From NCBI GenBank assembly GCA_051362555.1, contig CM120642.1, positions 29,512,001 to 29,576,000 of the forward strand: DNA of 64,000 bases, in the 5' to 3' direction. This stretch comes from Lingula anatina (Eukaryota; Animalia; Brachiopoda). Numbering within the stretch: position 1 is the stretch's first letter; each line of letters begins with the position of its first letter. Positions 63,315 through 64,000 of the stretch are shown piece after piece. The position numbers and the translations under genes were made by a program. Under the pieces are notes generated by a model. That model did not search any database, was not told where the DNA came from, and saw only the letters and a program-made list of their open reading frames with translations.

Positions 63315-63830
63315 AAGTGTGACAGAGTGACTGAAAAATCCTTCGCAACACCAGCGCAACCTGATCTCAGCAAAAGCAATGCACTGTATTTCTGCCAGCA
63401 CAATGCACCGTGTTAGGTAAATCACAAGCTAGGTTTACTATACACTCTAATATTGAGTAAAATTTATGTATACGTTTTTTCTAACAGTGTGACGTTGCGT
63501 AAGTTTGCGCTGATATGGACATTGAGATCTCAGTCTATGTTATTATAATGTAACCTAATTACAGTCTGTAATGTGCCGGGTTATGATGTAAGTTGTAAAA
63601 GATATTAACAAAAGGAATAGCTTCTATTTTCAGTTATTCCAGACACATTTGGACTATCATTAGCCTGTATTAACTGTTTGATAAAATTCTGAATCAGTTT
63701 GATGGGTTTTACTTTTTTAGAAATAAAGTACATAAATATTTAAAAATTTGGTGTCGCTGGTGAACTGAGAAATTTAGTAAGTTACTGTTTTTTCCTTACC
63801 CCAGGGAGTGCATCTTCTGTTATAACCCCG

Positions 63831-63833
<3 letters not shown>

Positions 63834-63867
<34 letters not shown>

Positions 63868-63947
63868 CTCTGAATTGTTTAACGTTATTTCTGTAAAATT
63901 ATGCACAAAACCTCATGCAAGTACCGGTAGGCCTTAAAATGATGATG

Positions 63948-63998
<51 letters not shown>
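63834..63998. repeat. (CT)n and (AAT)n microsatellites
   Basis: (CT)n at 63834-63864 and (AAT)n at 63950-63998. Other simple repeats: (TTTA)n 31344-31392 and 33427-33472, (GA)n 57162-57198. Confidence 0.95.
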
Positions 63999-64000
63999 GG

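Noticed and set aside
1-64000. tRNA, rRNA or snRNA genes
   Set aside because: None recognised by eye; a tRNAscan-SE/Rfam scan would be needed to exclude them.

Overview
AT-rich, intron-containing animal genomic DNA, probably a marine invertebrate (the taxon cannot be fixed from sequence alone). I could reconstruct seven protein-coding loci by following splice sites and reading phase: the 5' exons of adenylate kinase 8 (-), head-to-head with a complete Roquin gene (+, 16 coding exons); an SLC22 organic cation transporter (+, 11 exons); a poorly resolved uncharacterised gene (-), head-to-head with a 10-exon ankyrin-repeat gene whose C-terminal domain I do not recognise (+); radial spoke head RSPH4A/6A (-); and a single-exon membrane-anchored FkbM-type methyltransferase-like gene (+). 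Mobile DNA is dense: two Helentron/HINE-like elements carrying 146-bp satellite arrays, a near full-length broken LINE with a nested LINE, two decayed Tc1 elements (one nested in a MITE), an Academ-like element retaining a RecQ helicase fragment, several MITEs and a foldback. The most notable unexplained signals are four CUGG-WAU-CUGG hairpins with co-varying lower stems in the putative Roquin 3'UTR, nuclear-receptor DR1 arrays carried in the Helentron satellites, duplicated splice acceptors in Roquin, and the ankyrin gene. All gene models are manual and unverified by transcripts.
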